Shown here in pieces: positions 12,556 to 26,127 of a stretch of DNA of 64,000 nt. The stretch's first letter is position 1. Every line of letters starts with the position of its first letter. Where the stretch lies: the NCBI RefSeq assembly GCF_056712565.1, contig NZ_CM160072.1; one strand, written 5' to 3'. The notes below the pieces were generated by a model. That model was not told the DNA's origin. It did no database searches and worked only from the letters and a program-made list of their open reading frames with translations. The position numbers were made by a program, and so were the translations under genes.

Positions 12556-13292
12556 TTCCTTTCAAATGAAACGGAGCTGCCATGCTCCGTTTACTTCGTC
12601 ATTATTTTTACTTTGTTCCTGCGCAGTTATCAAAAGCAAAAGGAATAGGTAAAAATATTCTTCTCAAATTACAGTTAGTTATAGGGATTTCCTTAACTGC
12701 TTCTCCTCACCATCATGTTATTTTCGCCACATCATAATCCTGGGCTTGCTGAAGAATAATTGAAATGATATTAGTAATTCCACTGCCTTTGGTAGAGGAA
12801 AGTGCTAAATAATAATCAATTGTTAAATTATTGTGCATTTCACTACTGGAACTGTAATCAGAAAAGAGAGACATGCTTAACCAACCTCTATTTGATTGAA
12901 TTGAAAGATGTTTGTTAAGGCATGGATGCAAGCTATAGATTCTGATACGGTCAATAAAAGAGAATTGCTTAACAATTTTGCAAAATGTATTGGCGAGTAA
13001 GAACCGCATTTGGTACTTTCCGGGCAACCGCCAGGCGATTCTTTATTGGTAATGAGAATAATTAACAATTAAAGATCGTCGCGAAAGAATAATGTGTCTC
13101 GACAGGGGAGACACAGTACGAATCGACATAAGGTGATCGTCTGAATCACCAGAATAAATAAAGTCGGTGATAGTAATACGTAACGATAAAGTAACCTGAC
13201 AGCAGAAAGTCTCCGAGCCTGTGCAGGGTCCCAATCCGGGATTACACATGCTGGTTAATACCAGTAATTATAATGAGGGAGTCCAAAAAACA

Positions 13293-14924
13293 ATGACCAA
13301 CATCACCAAGAGAAGTTTAGTAGCAGCTGGCGTTTTGGCTGCGCTTATGGCAGGGAATGTCGCGCTGGCAGCTGATGTACCCGCAGGTGTCACACTGGCG
13401 GAAAAACAAACGCTGGTACGTAACAATGGTTCAGAAGTTCAGTCATTAGATCCGCACAAAATTGAAGGTGTTCCGGAGTCTAATATCAGCCGAGACCTGT
13501 TTGAAGGCTTACTGGTCAGCGATCTTGACGGTCATCCGGCACCTGGCGTCGCTGAATCATGGGATAATAAAGACGCGAAAGTCTGGACCTTCCATTTGCG
13601 TAAAGATGCGAAATGGTCTGATGGCACGCCAGTTACAGCACAAGACTTTGTGTATAGCTGGCAACGTTCTGTTGATCCAAACACTGCTTCTCCGTATGCC
13701 AGTTATCTGCAATATGGGCATATCGCCGGTATTGATGAAATTCTTGAAGGGAAAAAACCGATTACCGATCTCGGCGTGAAAGCTATTGATGATCACACAT
13801 TAGAAGTCACCTTAAGTGAACCTGTTCCGTACTTCTATAAATTACTTGTTCACCCATCAACTTCACCGGTGCCAAAAGCCGCTATCGAGAAATTCGGCGA
13901 AAAATGGACCCAGCCTGGTAATATCGTCACCAACGGTGCCTATACCTTAAAAGATTGGGTCGTAAACGAACGAATCGTTCTTGAACGCAGCCCGACCTAC
14001 TGGAACAACGCGAAAACCGTTATTAACCAGGTAACCTATTTGCCTATTGCTTCTGAAGTTACCGATGTCAACCGCTACCGTAGTGGTGAAATCGACATGA
14101 CTTATAACAACATGCCGATCGAATTGTTCCAGAAGCTGAAAAAAGAGATCCCGGACGAAGTTCACGTTGATCCATACCTGTGCACTTACTATTACGAAAT
14201 TAACAACCAGAAACCGCCATTTAATGACGTGCGTGTGCGTACCGCACTGAAATTGGGTATGGACCGCGATATCATTGTTAATAAAGTGAAAGCGCAGGGC
14301 GACATGCCCGCCTATGGTTACACTCCACCATATACTGATGGCGCAAAATTGACTCAGCCGGAATGGTTTGGCTGGAGCCAGGAAAAACGTAACGAAGAAG
14401 CGAAAAAACTGCTGGCTGAAGCGGGTTATACCGCAGACAAACCGTTGACCATCAACCTGTTGTATAACACCTCCGATCTGCATAAAAAGCTGGCGATTGC
14501 TGCCTCTTCATTGTGGAAGAAAAACATTGGTGTAAACGTCAAACTGGTTAACCAGGAGTGGAAAACGTTCCTCGACACCCGTCACCAGGGCACTTTTGAT
14601 GTGGCCCGTGCAGGCTGGTGTGCAGACTACAACGAACCAACTTCCTTCCTGAACACCATGCTGTCGAACAGCTCAATGAATACCGCGCATTATAAGAGCC
14701 CGGCCTTTGACAGCATTATGGCGGAAACGCTGAAAGTGACTGACGAGGCGCAGCGTACAGCTCTGTACACTAAAGCAGAACAACAGCTGGATAAGGATTC
14801 GGCCATTGTTCCTGTTTATTACTACGTGAATGCGCGTTTGGTGAAACCGTGGGTTGGTGGCTATACCGGCAAAGATCCGCTGGATAATACCTACACCCGG
14901 AATATGTACATTGTGAAGCACTAA
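13293..14924 (+). CDS. oppA: Oligopeptide ABC transporter periplasmic binding protein
   Basis: 543 aa from MTNITKRSLVAAGVLAALMAGNVALA (signal peptide); GAGGGA RBS; the track ORF carries a 5' extension. Confidence 0.95.
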   Translation: MTNITKRSLVAAGVLAALMAGNVALAADVPAGVTLAEKQTLVRNNGSEVQSLDPHKIEGVPESNISRDLFEGLLVSDLDGHPAPGVAESWDNKDAKVWTFHLRKDAKWSDGTPVTAQDFVYSWQRSVDPNTASPYASYLQYGHIAGIDEILEGKKPITDLGVKAIDDHTLEVTLSEPVPYFYKLLVHPSTSPVPKAAIEKFGEKWTQPGNIVTNGAYTLKDWVVNERIVLERSPTYWNNAKTVINQVTYLPIASEVTDVNRYRSGEIDMTYNNMPIELFQKLKKEIPDEVHVDPYLCTYYYEINNQKPPFNDVRVRTALKLGMDRDIIVNKVKAQGDMPAYGYTPPYTDGAKLTQPEWFGWSQEKRNEEAKKLLAEAGYTADKPLTINLLYNTSDLHKKLAIAASSLWKKNIGVNVKLVNQEWKTFLDTRHQGTFDVARAGWCADYNEPTSFLNTMLSNSSMNTAHYKSPAFDSIMAETLKVTDEAQRTALYTKAEQQLDKDSAIVPVYYYVNARLVKPWVGGYTGKDPLDNTYTRNMYIVKH

Positions 14925-15009
14925 TGGCAATACGTGGGGCAGGAGTGTCCTGCTCCACGGTGTCTGATTTTTATCGCATTACAGAAGGCACAGGCCAGAA
15001 GGTAGGGCA

Positions 15010-15930
15010 ATGTTAAAATTTATTCTACGTCGCTGTCTGGAAGCGATTCCGACGCTATTTATTCTTATTACTATTTCGTTCTTTATGATGCGCCTCGCTC
15101 CGGGCAGTCCTTTTACCGGCGAACGTACTTTACCACCGGAAGTGATGGCCAATATCGAAGCGAAATATCATCTTAATGATCCGATCATGACACAGTATTT
15201 CAGCTACCTGAAACAACTGGCGCATGGCGATTTCGGTCCATCGTTTAAATATAAAGATTATTCGGTCAATGACCTGGTTGCATCCAGTTTTCCCGTTTCT
15301 GCTAAACTGGGAGCCGCAGCATTTTTTCTTGCGGTAATACTGGGTGTTAGTGCTGGCGTTATTGCCGCATTAAAGCAAAACACCAAATGGGACTATACCG
15401 TGATGGGGCTGGCAATGACCGGGGTTGTTATCCCCAGTTTTGTGGTTGCGCCATTATTAGTCATGATATTTGCGATCATTTTGCATTGGCTGCCGGGCGG
15501 TGGCTGGAATGGTGGAGCGCTTAAATTCATGATATTGCCAATGGTGGCGTTATCACTCGCCTATATCGCCAGTATTGCGCGTATTTCCCGTGGCTCTATG
15601 ATTGAGGTTTTACACTCCAACTTTATTCGTACTGCCCGGGCGAAAGGGTTACCTATGCGGCGGATCATTTTACGCCACGCATTAAAACCTGCTCTGTTAC
15701 CCGTGCTCTCCTATATGGGGCCCGCATTTGTCGGCATTATTACCGGTTCGATGGTCATCGAAACCATTTATGGTTTACCGGGGATTGGGCAATTGTTCGT
15801 TAATGGCGCATTGAACCGTGACTATTCCTTAGTGTTAAGTCTGACCATTCTGGTTGGCGCGTTAACCATTTTGTTTAATGCCATTGTCGATGTGCTATAT
15901 GCGGTTATCGACCCGAAAATCCGTTACTGA
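15010..15930 (+). CDS. oppB: Oligopeptide ABC transporter permease
   Basis: 306 aa, multi-TM with ABC permease signature region. Confidence 0.93.
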   Translation: MLKFILRRCLEAIPTLFILITISFFMMRLAPGSPFTGERTLPPEVMANIEAKYHLNDPIMTQYFSYLKQLAHGDFGPSFKYKDYSVNDLVASSFPVSAKLGAAAFFLAVILGVSAGVIAALKQNTKWDYTVMGLAMTGVVIPSFVVAPLLVMIFAIILHWLPGGGWNGGALKFMILPMVALSLAYIASIARISRGSMIEVLHSNFIRTARAKGLPMRRIILRHALKPALLPVLSYMGPAFVGIITGSMVIETIYGLPGIGQLFVNGALNRDYSLVLSLTILVGALTILFNAIVDVLYAVIDPKIRY

Positions 15931-15944
15931 TACTGGAGCTCGCG

Positions 15945-16853
15945 ATGATGTTAAGTAAGAAAAACAGCGAGACGCTGGAAAATTTCAGTGAAAAGCTGGA
16001 GGTCGAAGGGCGCAGCTTGTGGCAGGACGCACGTCGACGTTTTATGCATAACCGTGCGGCGGTTGCCAGTCTGATAGTGCTGGTGCTGATCGCGTTATTT
16101 GTAATCCTGGCACCGATGCTTTCGCAGTTTGCCTATGACGATACTGACTGGGCGATGATGTCCAGCGCCCCGGATATGGAGTCCGGTCACTACTTTGGTA
16201 CTGACTCATCCGGTCGCGACCTGCTTGTGCGCGTTGCGATTGGCGGGCGTATCTCACTCATGGTCGGTGTTGCTGCGGCACTGGTGGCAGTGGTCGTGGG
16301 GACACTTTATGGTTCGCTTTCCGGTTATCTGGGCGGTAAAGTGGATTCGGTAATGATGCGTCTGCTGGAAATCCTCAACTCCTTCCCATTCATGTTCTTC
16401 GTCATTTTGCTGGTGACCTTTTTCGGTCAAAACATCCTGCTGATTTTCGTGGCGATTGGCATGGTTTCCTGGCTGGATATGGCTCGTATTGTGCGTGGGC
16501 AAACCCTGAGTCTGAAGCGCAAAGAGTTTATTGAGGCGGCACAAGTTGGCGGTGTATCGACGCCGGGCATTGTTATTCGCCACATTGTGCCGAACGTACT
16601 CGGTGTGGTGGTGGTCTATGCGTCGCTTCTGGTGCCCAGCATGATCCTCTTTGAATCTTTCCTTAGCTTCCTGGGATTAGGTACGCAAGAGCCGTTAAGC
16701 AGCTGGGGTGCATTGCTGAGTGATGGCGCGAACTCGATGGAAGTCTCTCCATGGTTACTGTTGTTCCCTGCGGGATTCCTCGTGGTAACGCTGTTTTGTT
16801 TCAACTTTATCGGCGATGGCTTGCGTGATGCCCTCGACCCGAAAGATCGTTAA
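15945..16853 (+). CDS. oppC: Oligopeptide ABC transporter permease
   Basis: 302 aa permease; operon position. Confidence 0.93.
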   Translation: MMLSKKNSETLENFSEKLEVEGRSLWQDARRRFMHNRAAVASLIVLVLIALFVILAPMLSQFAYDDTDWAMMSSAPDMESGHYFGTDSSGRDLLVRVAIGGRISLMVGVAAALVAVVVGTLYGSLSGYLGGKVDSVMMRLLEILNSFPFMFFVILLVTFFGQNILLIFVAIGMVSWLDMARIVRGQTLSLKRKEFIEAAQVGGVSTPGIVIRHIVPNVLGVVVVYASLLVPSMILFESFLSFLGLGTQEPLSSWGALLSDGANSMEVSPWLLLFPAGFLVVTLFCFNFIGDGLRDALDPKDR

Positions 16854-16864
16854 GGAGTGCAGCC

Positions 16865-17878
16865 ATGAGCGTAATTGAAACTGCAACTGTGCCGCTCGCA
16901 CAACAACAGGCTGACGCACTGCTGAACGTGAAAGATTTGCGTGTCACCTTTAGTACCCCGGATGGCGACGTCACGGCGGTCAATGATTTGAATTTTTCGC
17001 TACGTGCCGGAGAAACGCTGGGCATCGTAGGTGAGTCTGGTTCGGGCAAATCGCAAACCGCATTTGCGTTGATGGGCCTGCTGGCTGCCAACGGACGTAT
17101 TGGCGGATCGGCAACCTTCAATGGGCGTGAAATCCTCAATTTGCCAGAGCGTGAACTCAATAAACTGCGAGCTGAACAAATCTCAATGATTTTTCAGGAC
17201 CCAATGACTTCGTTGAATCCCTATATGCGCGTCGGTGAGCAGTTGATGGAAGTGCTGATGCTGCATAAGAACATGAGCAAAGCTGAGGCGTTTGAAGAAT
17301 CGGTGCGGATGCTCGATGCGGTAAAAATGCCGGAAGCGCGTAAACGCATGAAAATGTACCCGCACGAATTTTCTGGCGGCATGCGTCAGCGAGTCATGAT
17401 TGCGATGGCATTGCTATGTCGACCTAAGCTGCTGATTGCGGATGAACCCACTACTGCGCTGGACGTCACCGTACAGGCGCAGATCATGACGCTATTGAAT
17501 GAACTGAAGCGGGAATTTAATACCGCCATCATTATGATTACCCACGATCTTGGCGTGGTAGCGGGGATCTGCGACAAAGTGCTGGTAATGTACGCCGGGC
17601 GCACGATGGAATATGGCAACGCGCGCGATGTCTTTTATCAACCCGTACATCCTTATTCTATCGGTTTGCTCAACGCGGTGCCGCGTCTCGATGCGGAAGG
17701 TGAAACAATGTTGACTATTCCGGGTAATCCGCCAAACCTGCTGCGATTACCGAAAGGTTGCCCGTTCCAGCCACGTTGTCCGCATGCGATGGACATTTGT
17801 AGTAGCGCACCGCCGCTGGAAGAGTTTACGCCTGGCCGTCTGCGTGCTTGCTTTAAACCAGTGGAGGAACTGTTATGA
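16865..17878 (+). CDS. oppD: Oligopeptide ABC transporter ATP-binding protein
   Basis: 337 aa with Walker A (GESGSGKS), ABC signature (FSGGMRQR) and Walker B. Confidence 0.95.
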   Translation: MSVIETATVPLAQQQADALLNVKDLRVTFSTPDGDVTAVNDLNFSLRAGETLGIVGESGSGKSQTAFALMGLLAANGRIGGSATFNGREILNLPERELNKLRAEQISMIFQDPMTSLNPYMRVGEQLMEVLMLHKNMSKAEAFEESVRMLDAVKMPEARKRMKMYPHEFSGGMRQRVMIAMALLCRPKLLIADEPTTALDVTVQAQIMTLLNELKREFNTAIIMITHDLGVVAGICDKVLVMYAGRTMEYGNARDVFYQPVHPYSIGLLNAVPRLDAEGETMLTIPGNPPNLLRLPKGCPFQPRCPHAMDICSSAPPLEEFTPGRLRACFKPVEELL

Positions 17879-18879
17879 ATGCTGTAACCGAAGGAAGAAA
17901 AGTCCTCCTCGAAATCGCCGATCTGAAAGTGCACTTTGAAATCAAAGATGGCAAACAGTGGTTCTGGCAACCGCCGAAAACGCTCAAAGCCGTCGATGGT
18001 GTAACTCTTCGCCTGTATGAAGGGGAAACATTAGGTGTGGTAGGGGAATCGGGATGCGGGAAGTCCACCTTTGCTCGCGCCATCATTGGCTTGGTTAAAG
18101 CGACCGACGGTCATGTGGCCTGGTTAGGTAAAGAGTTGCTGGGCATGAAGCCCGATGAATGGCGTGCCGTACGCAGTGATATTCAGATGATTTTCCAGGA
18201 TCCGTTGGCATCACTGAACCCGCGTATGACCATCGGCGAGATCATCGCTGAACCACTGCGTATTTATCATCCGAAAATGTCACGCCAGGAAGTTCGCGAG
18301 CGCGTGAAGGCGATGATGCTGAAAGTCGGTTTGTTGCCTAACCTGATTAACCGCTATCCGCATGAGTTCTCCGGTGGGCAGTGCCAGCGTATCGGGATTG
18401 CTCGTGCTCTTATTCTTGAACCGAAGCTGATTATCTGTGATGAGCCGGTGTCGGCGCTGGACGTGTCAATTCAGGCGCAGGTGGTCAACCTGCTCCAGCA
18501 GTTGCAACGTGAGATGGGATTGTCATTAATTTTTATCGCTCACGACCTGGCCGTGGTAAAACACATTTCCGATCGTGTGCTGGTGATGTATCTCGGCCAT
18601 GCGGTAGAACTGGGGACCTATGATGAGGTCTACCACAATCCGCTACATCCTTACACCAGGGCATTGATGTCGGCAGTCCCCATACCTGATCCGGATCTGG
18701 AGAAGAACAAAACCATCCAGTTACTGGAAGGGGAATTACCGTCGCCGATCAACCCGCCTTCCGGTTGTGTTTTCCGTACCCGTTGTCCGATTGCAGGTCC
18801 GGAGTGCGCCAAAACACGTCCTGTGCTGGAAGGGAGTTTCAGACACGCCGTTTCTTGCCTGAAAGTCGATCCGCTTTAA
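17875..18879 (+). CDS. oppF: Oligopeptide ABC transporter ATP-binding protein
   Basis: 334 aa with Walker A (GESGCGKST) and signature FSGGQCQR; 4-bp overlap with oppD. Confidence 0.95.
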   Translation: MNAVTEGRKVLLEIADLKVHFEIKDGKQWFWQPPKTLKAVDGVTLRLYEGETLGVVGESGCGKSTFARAIIGLVKATDGHVAWLGKELLGMKPDEWRAVRSDIQMIFQDPLASLNPRMTIGEIIAEPLRIYHPKMSRQEVRERVKAMMLKVGLLPNLINRYPHEFSGGQCQRIGIARALILEPKLIICDEPVSALDVSIQAQVVNLLQQLQREMGLSLIFIAHDLAVVKHISDRVLVMYLGHAVELGTYDEVYHNPLHPYTRALMSAVPIPDPDLEKNKTIQLLEGELPSPINPPSGCVFRTRCPIAGPECAKTRPVLEGSFRHAVSCLKVDPL

Positions 18880-18887
18880 AAGCAATA

Positions 18888-18914
18888 AGGGCTGACAGTT
18901 GTCAGCCCTTTTTC
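18888..18914. terminator. Hairpin terminator after oppF
   Basis: agggctgac-agtt-gtcagccct followed by a T-run. Confidence 0.7.
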
Positions 18915-18931
18915 ACGCCAAAAGCGATTAT

Positions 18932-20756
<1,825 letters not shown>

Positions 20757-21126
20757 AGATTAGAAATCCTTTTGAAAGCGCATTGTTATGAGTTTACGCA
20801 TATGGATTCATCTGGCAAATAAAAACGCGGGAAAAGCACTGGTCAGCGTCAGGGGCGGGGGTATAATGACCATTCTGTTGTTGCATAGAGTAGTTAACAT
20901 GAAGCGGAGTAGAACGGAAGTGGGGCGCTGGCGCATGCAGCGTCAGGCTAGCCGACGTAAATCGCGTTGGCTTGAGGGGCAGTCGCGCCGAAATATGCGT
21001 ATCCACAGCATCAGGAAGTGCATTCTAAACAAACAGCGTAACTCGTTATTGTTTGCGATCTACAATATCTAAATGTACTGGGCACCATTGCGGTGCCCAA
21101 TAAGTTTACTCTTCCGTCTTTAAACT

Positions 21127-22380
21127 CTATTTTTGCGCCGATTCTTTACTGTCAGCTTTCGTTTCTTGTTCATCGTTATCGCTGAAAATGCCATGACCGG
21201 AGTTCAACAACATTGAAACGAGCATATCATTATTAATCTCTTCACCATTTAAAACTCGCGCCAGAATTTCGCTGCCAAACAGTTGTGGTGAGAGAATGAT
21301 ATCCGGATGTACCATCTTAATCTTATTCAGGTTTTTGCTATCACTGACGGCGAGAACTGTTTTGACATCACTGCTCATATCTTTTGCCGAGAGTACAACA
21401 AACGCGTTATCTGCATCGTTATCACTCAGCGCCAGAATGGCCCGGCAACGATCGATTCCCGCTTTCTTTAACACTGAACTGTCATTACTGTCACCGGGGA
21501 TAACATCGGCGTTATCGCCTAAGCGTTGCTCAAGTTGCTTGATATCATCTTCAGGCAAGTTGCTGATAACCGTTACGTTTTGTCCGCGTTGATTCAGTTG
21601 CAGAATCGTATTGATGGCGAGAATCGAATGTCCGCAAACAATAAAATGATCTTTACGATGCATTGTATGATTGTTTCCTTTTACAAGTTTGTTGAATCCC
21701 CCGCGGATAAGCGGACCAAAAATTGAGGTCATAGATGTGGCAAAAACGGTAATGCCGGAAATAATGACCGAAATAGTGAACAATCGTGCTGATTCAGAAA
21801 CAGGGACAATATCGCCATAGCCGACGGTTGACATGGTTTCTATCGAAAAATAGAACGCGGTCATCAAACTTTCTATTCGCGGATTAAAACCTTCGCTTAA
21901 ATAAAGCGCACCGTAAGTGGAGTAAAATAGTAACGTCGTGAAACTAATAAATGCGAAAATTGTCCCGGCTGCTGCGCTACTGTGGGAGAAGTCTTTGCGC
22001 AGTATCAGCAAAAACACCAGCGTAAAAATGCAAAATCCAATACTAAATTTCAGCCAGGGATAAAAATGCAGAGTGTAAATTAGCGCTATCAACAACAAAA
22101 TGATACTGATTGCCCATGCGAGCTTTGCCCGGAACAGTAAGCCAATGGAGTTCAGGACAAGAAATACGCCGAGCATAAAGAGTGGGGCGTTTGCCAGCAA
22201 GGAGAGATCCAGCTCTGAAAATGCTTTGATATGGAAAATATCAAGCAAATTGACCGACATACCATAGATTGTTTTAAAAATAAGCAATCCATTTAAAAAG
22301 ACGGCCAGCGCGAGAATGTCGTGCCGTAGGGTCACCCATAACTTTGTTGCTGTTTGTTTGAATGTAGTCCAGTGACTCAC
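21127..22380 (-). CDS. kch: Voltage-gated K+ channel Kch
   Basis: TVGYGD selectivity filter and C-terminal RCK/TrkA domain; GTG start at 22380 gives 417 aa. Confidence 0.92.
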   Translation of the reverse strand: MSHWTTFKQTATKLWVTLRHDILALAVFLNGLLIFKTIYGMSVNLLDIFHIKAFSELDLSLLANAPLFMLGVFLVLNSIGLLFRAKLAWAISIILLLIALIYTLHFYPWLKFSIGFCIFTLVFLLILRKDFSHSSAAAGTIFAFISFTTLLFYSTYGALYLSEGFNPRIESLMTAFYFSIETMSTVGYGDIVPVSESARLFTISVIISGITVFATSMTSIFGPLIRGGFNKLVKGNNHTMHRKDHFIVCGHSILAINTILQLNQRGQNVTVISNLPEDDIKQLEQRLGDNADVIPGDSNDSSVLKKAGIDRCRAILALSDNDADNAFVVLSAKDMSSDVKTVLAVSDSKNLNKIKMVHPDIILSPQLFGSEILARVLNGEEINNDMLVSMLLNSGHGIFSDNDEQETKADSKESAQK

Positions 22381-22679
22381 TGATACCTCTGTAACCACAA
22401 TTTTGTTTAATTATCTCAACGTGCACATTTTCTGAACATACATGCAGCGCGTGAATGTGTTAAACAATAGTAGATGACTTTATCCGCAGTAATCAAAGGT
22501 TTTGAGTGAGCAACTCTGCGTCAGGAAAGGGCATTTTCCTGAATATGTTCACATCATATAAAGAAATACAGATAAAGTTATTATCTGCTTGTGGTGGTGA
22601 ATGCACTGACCGACCTATAAGGAAAGGCCAAACAAGAACACGGTTGCAAAAACCGTGCCCTTAAATATTGAATTTCTAT

Positions 22680-22976
22680 TCAGAACACTTTCTTAAATGG
22701 TTTCACTGAAACGTGTTCATAGACTCCTGCCGCTACGTACGGGTCAGCATCGGCCCAGGCCTGAGCTGCTTCCAGCGACTCAAATTCAGCAATAACGGTT
22801 GAGCCAGTAAATCCCGCAGCCCCTGGATCGTTACTGTCTACCGCTGGCATTGGACCGGCGGTCAACAAACGACCTTCATCATGCAGTAACTGTAAACGTG
22901 CCAAATGTGCCGGACGAACGGAAAGGCGTTTTTCGAGGCTATCAGCTTTGTCTTGAGCGTAAATAACATACAACAC
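22680..22976 (-). CDS. yciI: YciI-like protein
   Basis: 98 aa from GTG start ([10 protein letters not shown]...); the track ORF is extended 5'. Confidence 0.8.
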
Positions 22977-23199
22977 AGGCACAACTCCTTGTTCGGGAAA
23001 GTTGTAAAGTACGTTATTTGAAAGGGCGAAGATCTGCAACGGAAAGATGATGTCTTTGTTAAGACCATGCATAAAGTAAGGTCAATTACGCCAAAAATGA
23101 CATTTTCACTGATCCTGATCGTCTTGCCTTATTGAATATGATTGCTATTTGCATTTAAAATCGGGACCTGGTTTTTCTACTGAAATGATTATGACTTCA

Positions 23200-23916
23200 A
23201 TGACCCTTGATTTACCTCGCCGCTTCCCCTGGCCGACGTTACTTTCGGTCTGCATTCATGGTGCTGTTGTGGCGGGTTTGCTCTATACCTCGGTACATCA
23301 GGTTATTGAACTACCTGCGCCTGCGCAGCCGATTTCTGTCACGATGGTTGCGCCTGCTGATCTTGAACCGCCACAAGCCGTTCAGCCACCACCGGAGCCG
23401 GTGGTAGAGCCAGAACCGGAACCTGAGCCGATCCCTGAACCGCCAAAAGAAGCTCCGGTGGTCATTGAAAAGCCGAAGCCGAAACCTAAGCCAAAACCGA
23501 AGCCGGTGAAAAAGGTGGAGCAGCCAAAACGCGATGTCAAACCCGTAGAGTCGCGTCCGGCATCACCGTTTGAAAATACGGCACCCGCGCGCCCGACATC
23601 AAGTACGGCAACGGCTGCAACCAGCAAGCCGGTTACCAGTGTGGCTTCAGGACCACGCGCATTAAGCCGTAATCAGCCGCAGTATCCGGCACGAGCACAG
23701 GCATTGCGCATTGAAGGGCAGGTTAAAGTTAAATTTGATGTCACGCCAGATGGTCGCGTGGATAACGTACAAATCCTCTCAGCCAAGCCTGCAAACATGT
23801 TTGAGCGTGAGGTGAAAAATGCGATGCGCAGATGGCGTTATGAGCCGGGTAAGCCAGGCAGTGGGATTGTGGTGAATATCCTGTTTAAAATTAACGGCAC
23901 TACCGAAATTCAGTAA
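23200..23916 (+). CDS. tonB: Energy transducer TonB
   Basis: Starts [26 protein letters not shown]; (EP)n and (KP)n proline-rich spacer; C-terminal TonB domain. Confidence 0.96.
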   Translation: MTLDLPRRFPWPTLLSVCIHGAVVAGLLYTSVHQVIELPAPAQPISVTMVAPADLEPPQAVQPPPEPVVEPEPEPEPIPEPPKEAPVVIEKPKPKPKPKPKPVKKVEQPKRDVKPVESRPASPFENTAPARPTSSTATAATSKPVTSVASGPRALSRNQPQYPARAQALRIEGQVKVKFDVTPDGRVDNVQILSAKPANMFEREVKNAMRRWRYEPGKPGSGIVVNILFKINGTTEIQ

Positions 23917-23926
23917 GCATAAAGTC

Positions 23927-23951
23927 AAAAGCCTCCGACCGGAGGCTTTTG
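23927..23951. terminator. Bidirectional tonB/yciA terminator
   Basis: aaaagcctccg-acc-ggaggctttt palindrome with symmetric A/T runs. Confidence 0.8.
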
Positions 23952-23955
23952 ATTA

Positions 23956-24354
23956 TTACTCAACGGGTAAGGCGCGAGGTTTTCCTTCGGGATCAACCGC
24001 GACATACTTAAATAATGCTTCTGTTGCTTTATAGCGTTGCCCGATTGGTTCAGACGCCACTTTTTTCACCCACACTTCAATATTAATGCTGACTGATGTC
24101 GTCCCTTTCTGGACACAGCGTGCATAGCAGCACACCACATCGCCGACCGCAACCGGCCGTAAGAAAGTCATTCCTTCAACCCGCACGGTCACTACACGAC
24201 CATGGGCAATTTCTTTCGCCAGAATAGCGCCGCCAATATCCATTTGTGACATTAACCAACCACCAAAGATGTCACCATTGGCATTGGTATCGGCGGGCAT
24301 GGCTAAAGTACGTAAAACAAGATCGCCCTGAGGGACGTTATGTGTTGTAGACAT
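23956..24354 (-). CDS. yciA: Acyl-CoA thioester hydrolase
   Basis: 132-aa hot-dog fold thioesterase. Confidence 0.9.
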   Translation of the reverse strand: MSTTHNVPQGDLVLRTLAMPADTNANGDIFGGWLMSQMDIGGAILAKEIAHGRVVTVRVEGMTFLRPVAVGDVVCCYARCVQKGTTSVSINIEVWVKKVASEPIGQRYKATEALFKYVAVDPEGKPRALPVE

Positions 24355-24459
24355 GGTAAAACCGACTTAAAAGGAAAATCACAGGCGCGATGCTACTATG
24401 ATTTTCCTGAGGAGAACAGAGGAGATACAGCGCCAGCCCCTGAAGGACTGGCAGTCTGG

Positions 24460-24999
24460 TTAGGATTTATCTTCCTGCGGCATGTGGCGGTAGATATAGA
24501 TACCGCTTAACAATGTGAAGATTAAGGTAAGGGCGGTCAGGCCAAAGACTTTAAAGTTGACCCAAATATTTTGCGGCAGCCAGAATGCGATGTAGATGTT
24601 TGCCAGACCGCAAAGGATAAAGAAAACAGCCCAGGCCAGATTCAGCTTCGACCATACCGATTGCGGCAGGGTGAGTTCTTTACCCAGCATCCGCTGAATT
24701 AGCGGCTTTTTCATCACCCATTGGCTGACTAACAGGGCACCCGCAAACAGGGCATAAATGACAGTAACCTTCCATTTAATAAACTCATCATTGTGGAAGA
24801 ACAGCGTCAAGCCACCGAAGACGACCACCAGAACAAAAGTGATCAGGGCCATCTTCTCAACCTTACGAAAGCGAACCCAGCTATATATAAGCACAATCGC
24901 CGTGGCGACGATGAGCGCCGCAGTAGCCGCATAGATGTCATAAATCTTGTAAAACGCGAAAAAGACAACCAGCGGTAAAAAATCAAGAAACTGCTTCAT
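24460..24999 (-). CDS. yciB: Inner-membrane septation protein YciB
   Basis: 179 aa, 5 TM helices; K-12 synteny. Confidence 0.9.
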   Translation of the reverse strand: MKQFLDFLPLVVFFAFYKIYDIYAATAALIVATAIVLIYSWVRFRKVEKMALITFVLVVVFGGLTLFFHNDEFIKWKVTVIYALFAGALLVSQWVMKKPLIQRMLGKELTLPQSVWSKLNLAWAVFFILCGLANIYIAFWLPQNIWVNFKVFGLTALTLIFTLLSGIYIYRHMPQEDKS

Positions 25000-25028
25000 T
25001 TTACGATTCCGTAATCAAATGCTTAAGG

Positions 25029-25772
25029 TTATTGGCGAATCAACATATACAGGCGGAACAGATAGATGAGCAATACGGCTGAAATCAGGTTGCTCAAGGT
25101 GTTCGCCAGTACGGCACCAATTTCCGGGGTTAATGCGGCAAAAGAAGAGGCAAAAAGCAGCAACAGTGTTTTTGCCAGCAACCAGCTCAGTACTGCGGGT
25201 GCCACCAGACGCATATTCGCCCATGTCAGCCGCATACTGCTACGCATCGAGGCAAAAACGCCCATTTTGTCCTGTACCAGCATCACCGGTGCCAGAGCCA
25301 GTAAAATGGCCATGATAATTCCCGGAACGACCACCAGCATGATGCCAATCTGTACTAAAAGGGTAGTCAGAAAAATCAGAATAAATAACTTTGGTAATAT
25401 CGGCGCACTGGCACCAATAGCTCGCAGCGCACTGACTCTCTGACCCGCAGACACCAGCTGGATAATTAATATTACGCCCCCGGCGAGAATGGCGTTACCG
25501 ATTAATCCTGAAAAAGTGGACGCCGCTGAAGCCTGCAGCAAAATTTGTTGCTGTTCCGGTGACATATTCTGAACCAGGTCGAACAACCCACTACTGCCGC
25601 TAACGGGTACGCCGTCATTGAGCTGCGCAAGCTGTGCATCACTGGGTGAGAAAACATGCCCTAACACCACTGTGATAAACGCACATAGCAACGATACCAA
25701 CAGAATGGTCATAAATTGATTACGGAAAAAATTTCCGGTGTCACGGTATACGGACTGCGCCGTGATAGACAT
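25029..25772 (-). CDS. yciC: UPF0259 membrane protein YciC
   Basis: 247-aa multi-TM protein; K-12 synteny. Confidence 0.88.
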   Translation of the reverse strand: MSITAQSVYRDTGNFFRNQFMTILLVSLLCAFITVVLGHVFSPSDAQLAQLNDGVPVSGSSGLFDLVQNMSPEQQQILLQASAASTFSGLIGNAILAGGVILIIQLVSAGQRVSALRAIGASAPILPKLFILIFLTTLLVQIGIMLVVVPGIIMAILLALAPVMLVQDKMGVFASMRSSMRLTWANMRLVAPAVLSWLLAKTLLLLFASSFAALTPEIGAVLANTLSNLISAVLLIYLFRLYMLIRQ

Positions 25773-26127
25773 GCACTCTCCTTGAGTTTTATGCAGGTGT
25801 TAATTAGCGGGCAATTGTACCCTGGTTAAGCCCCGGGTGGCAGCATCAGGTCTTGTATGGAAAAGCATATCTTTGTAAAGCGGAGGTAATTGCTGGCCTT
25901 CAGGCGTGGGCAAACCGCTGAAAGTGGCGAGCGAGTTAATATTTGCGTAGCGAAATATATAAAAATTGATTTAAATCACATTAACCAGGATTTTCAATGC
26001 AACTTCTAAATTAATCCAGATCAATAAAGGGTGAATTACCATATGTAATGTGATCTGTGTAGGATCATTTGTTACCCCAATGTGGGTATATTCGTCACGT
26101 TTTTATAACCATAACGACGGAGCGGAT

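Noticed and set aside
12713-13249. Minus-strand ORFs in the AT-rich region upstream of oppA
   Set aside because: This is the long oppA leader/intergenic region in K-12; the ORFs are low-complexity with no RBS.
20788-21072. ORFs in the cls-kch intergenic region
   Set aside because: Overlapping opposite-strand ORFs with no RBS in a known intergenic region; probably spurious.
23382-23627. Gly/Ser-rich 81-aa minus-strand ORF and KPKP repeats in tonB
   Set aside because: The repeat is the native proline-rich spacer of TonB; the minus-strand ORF is its shadow frame.
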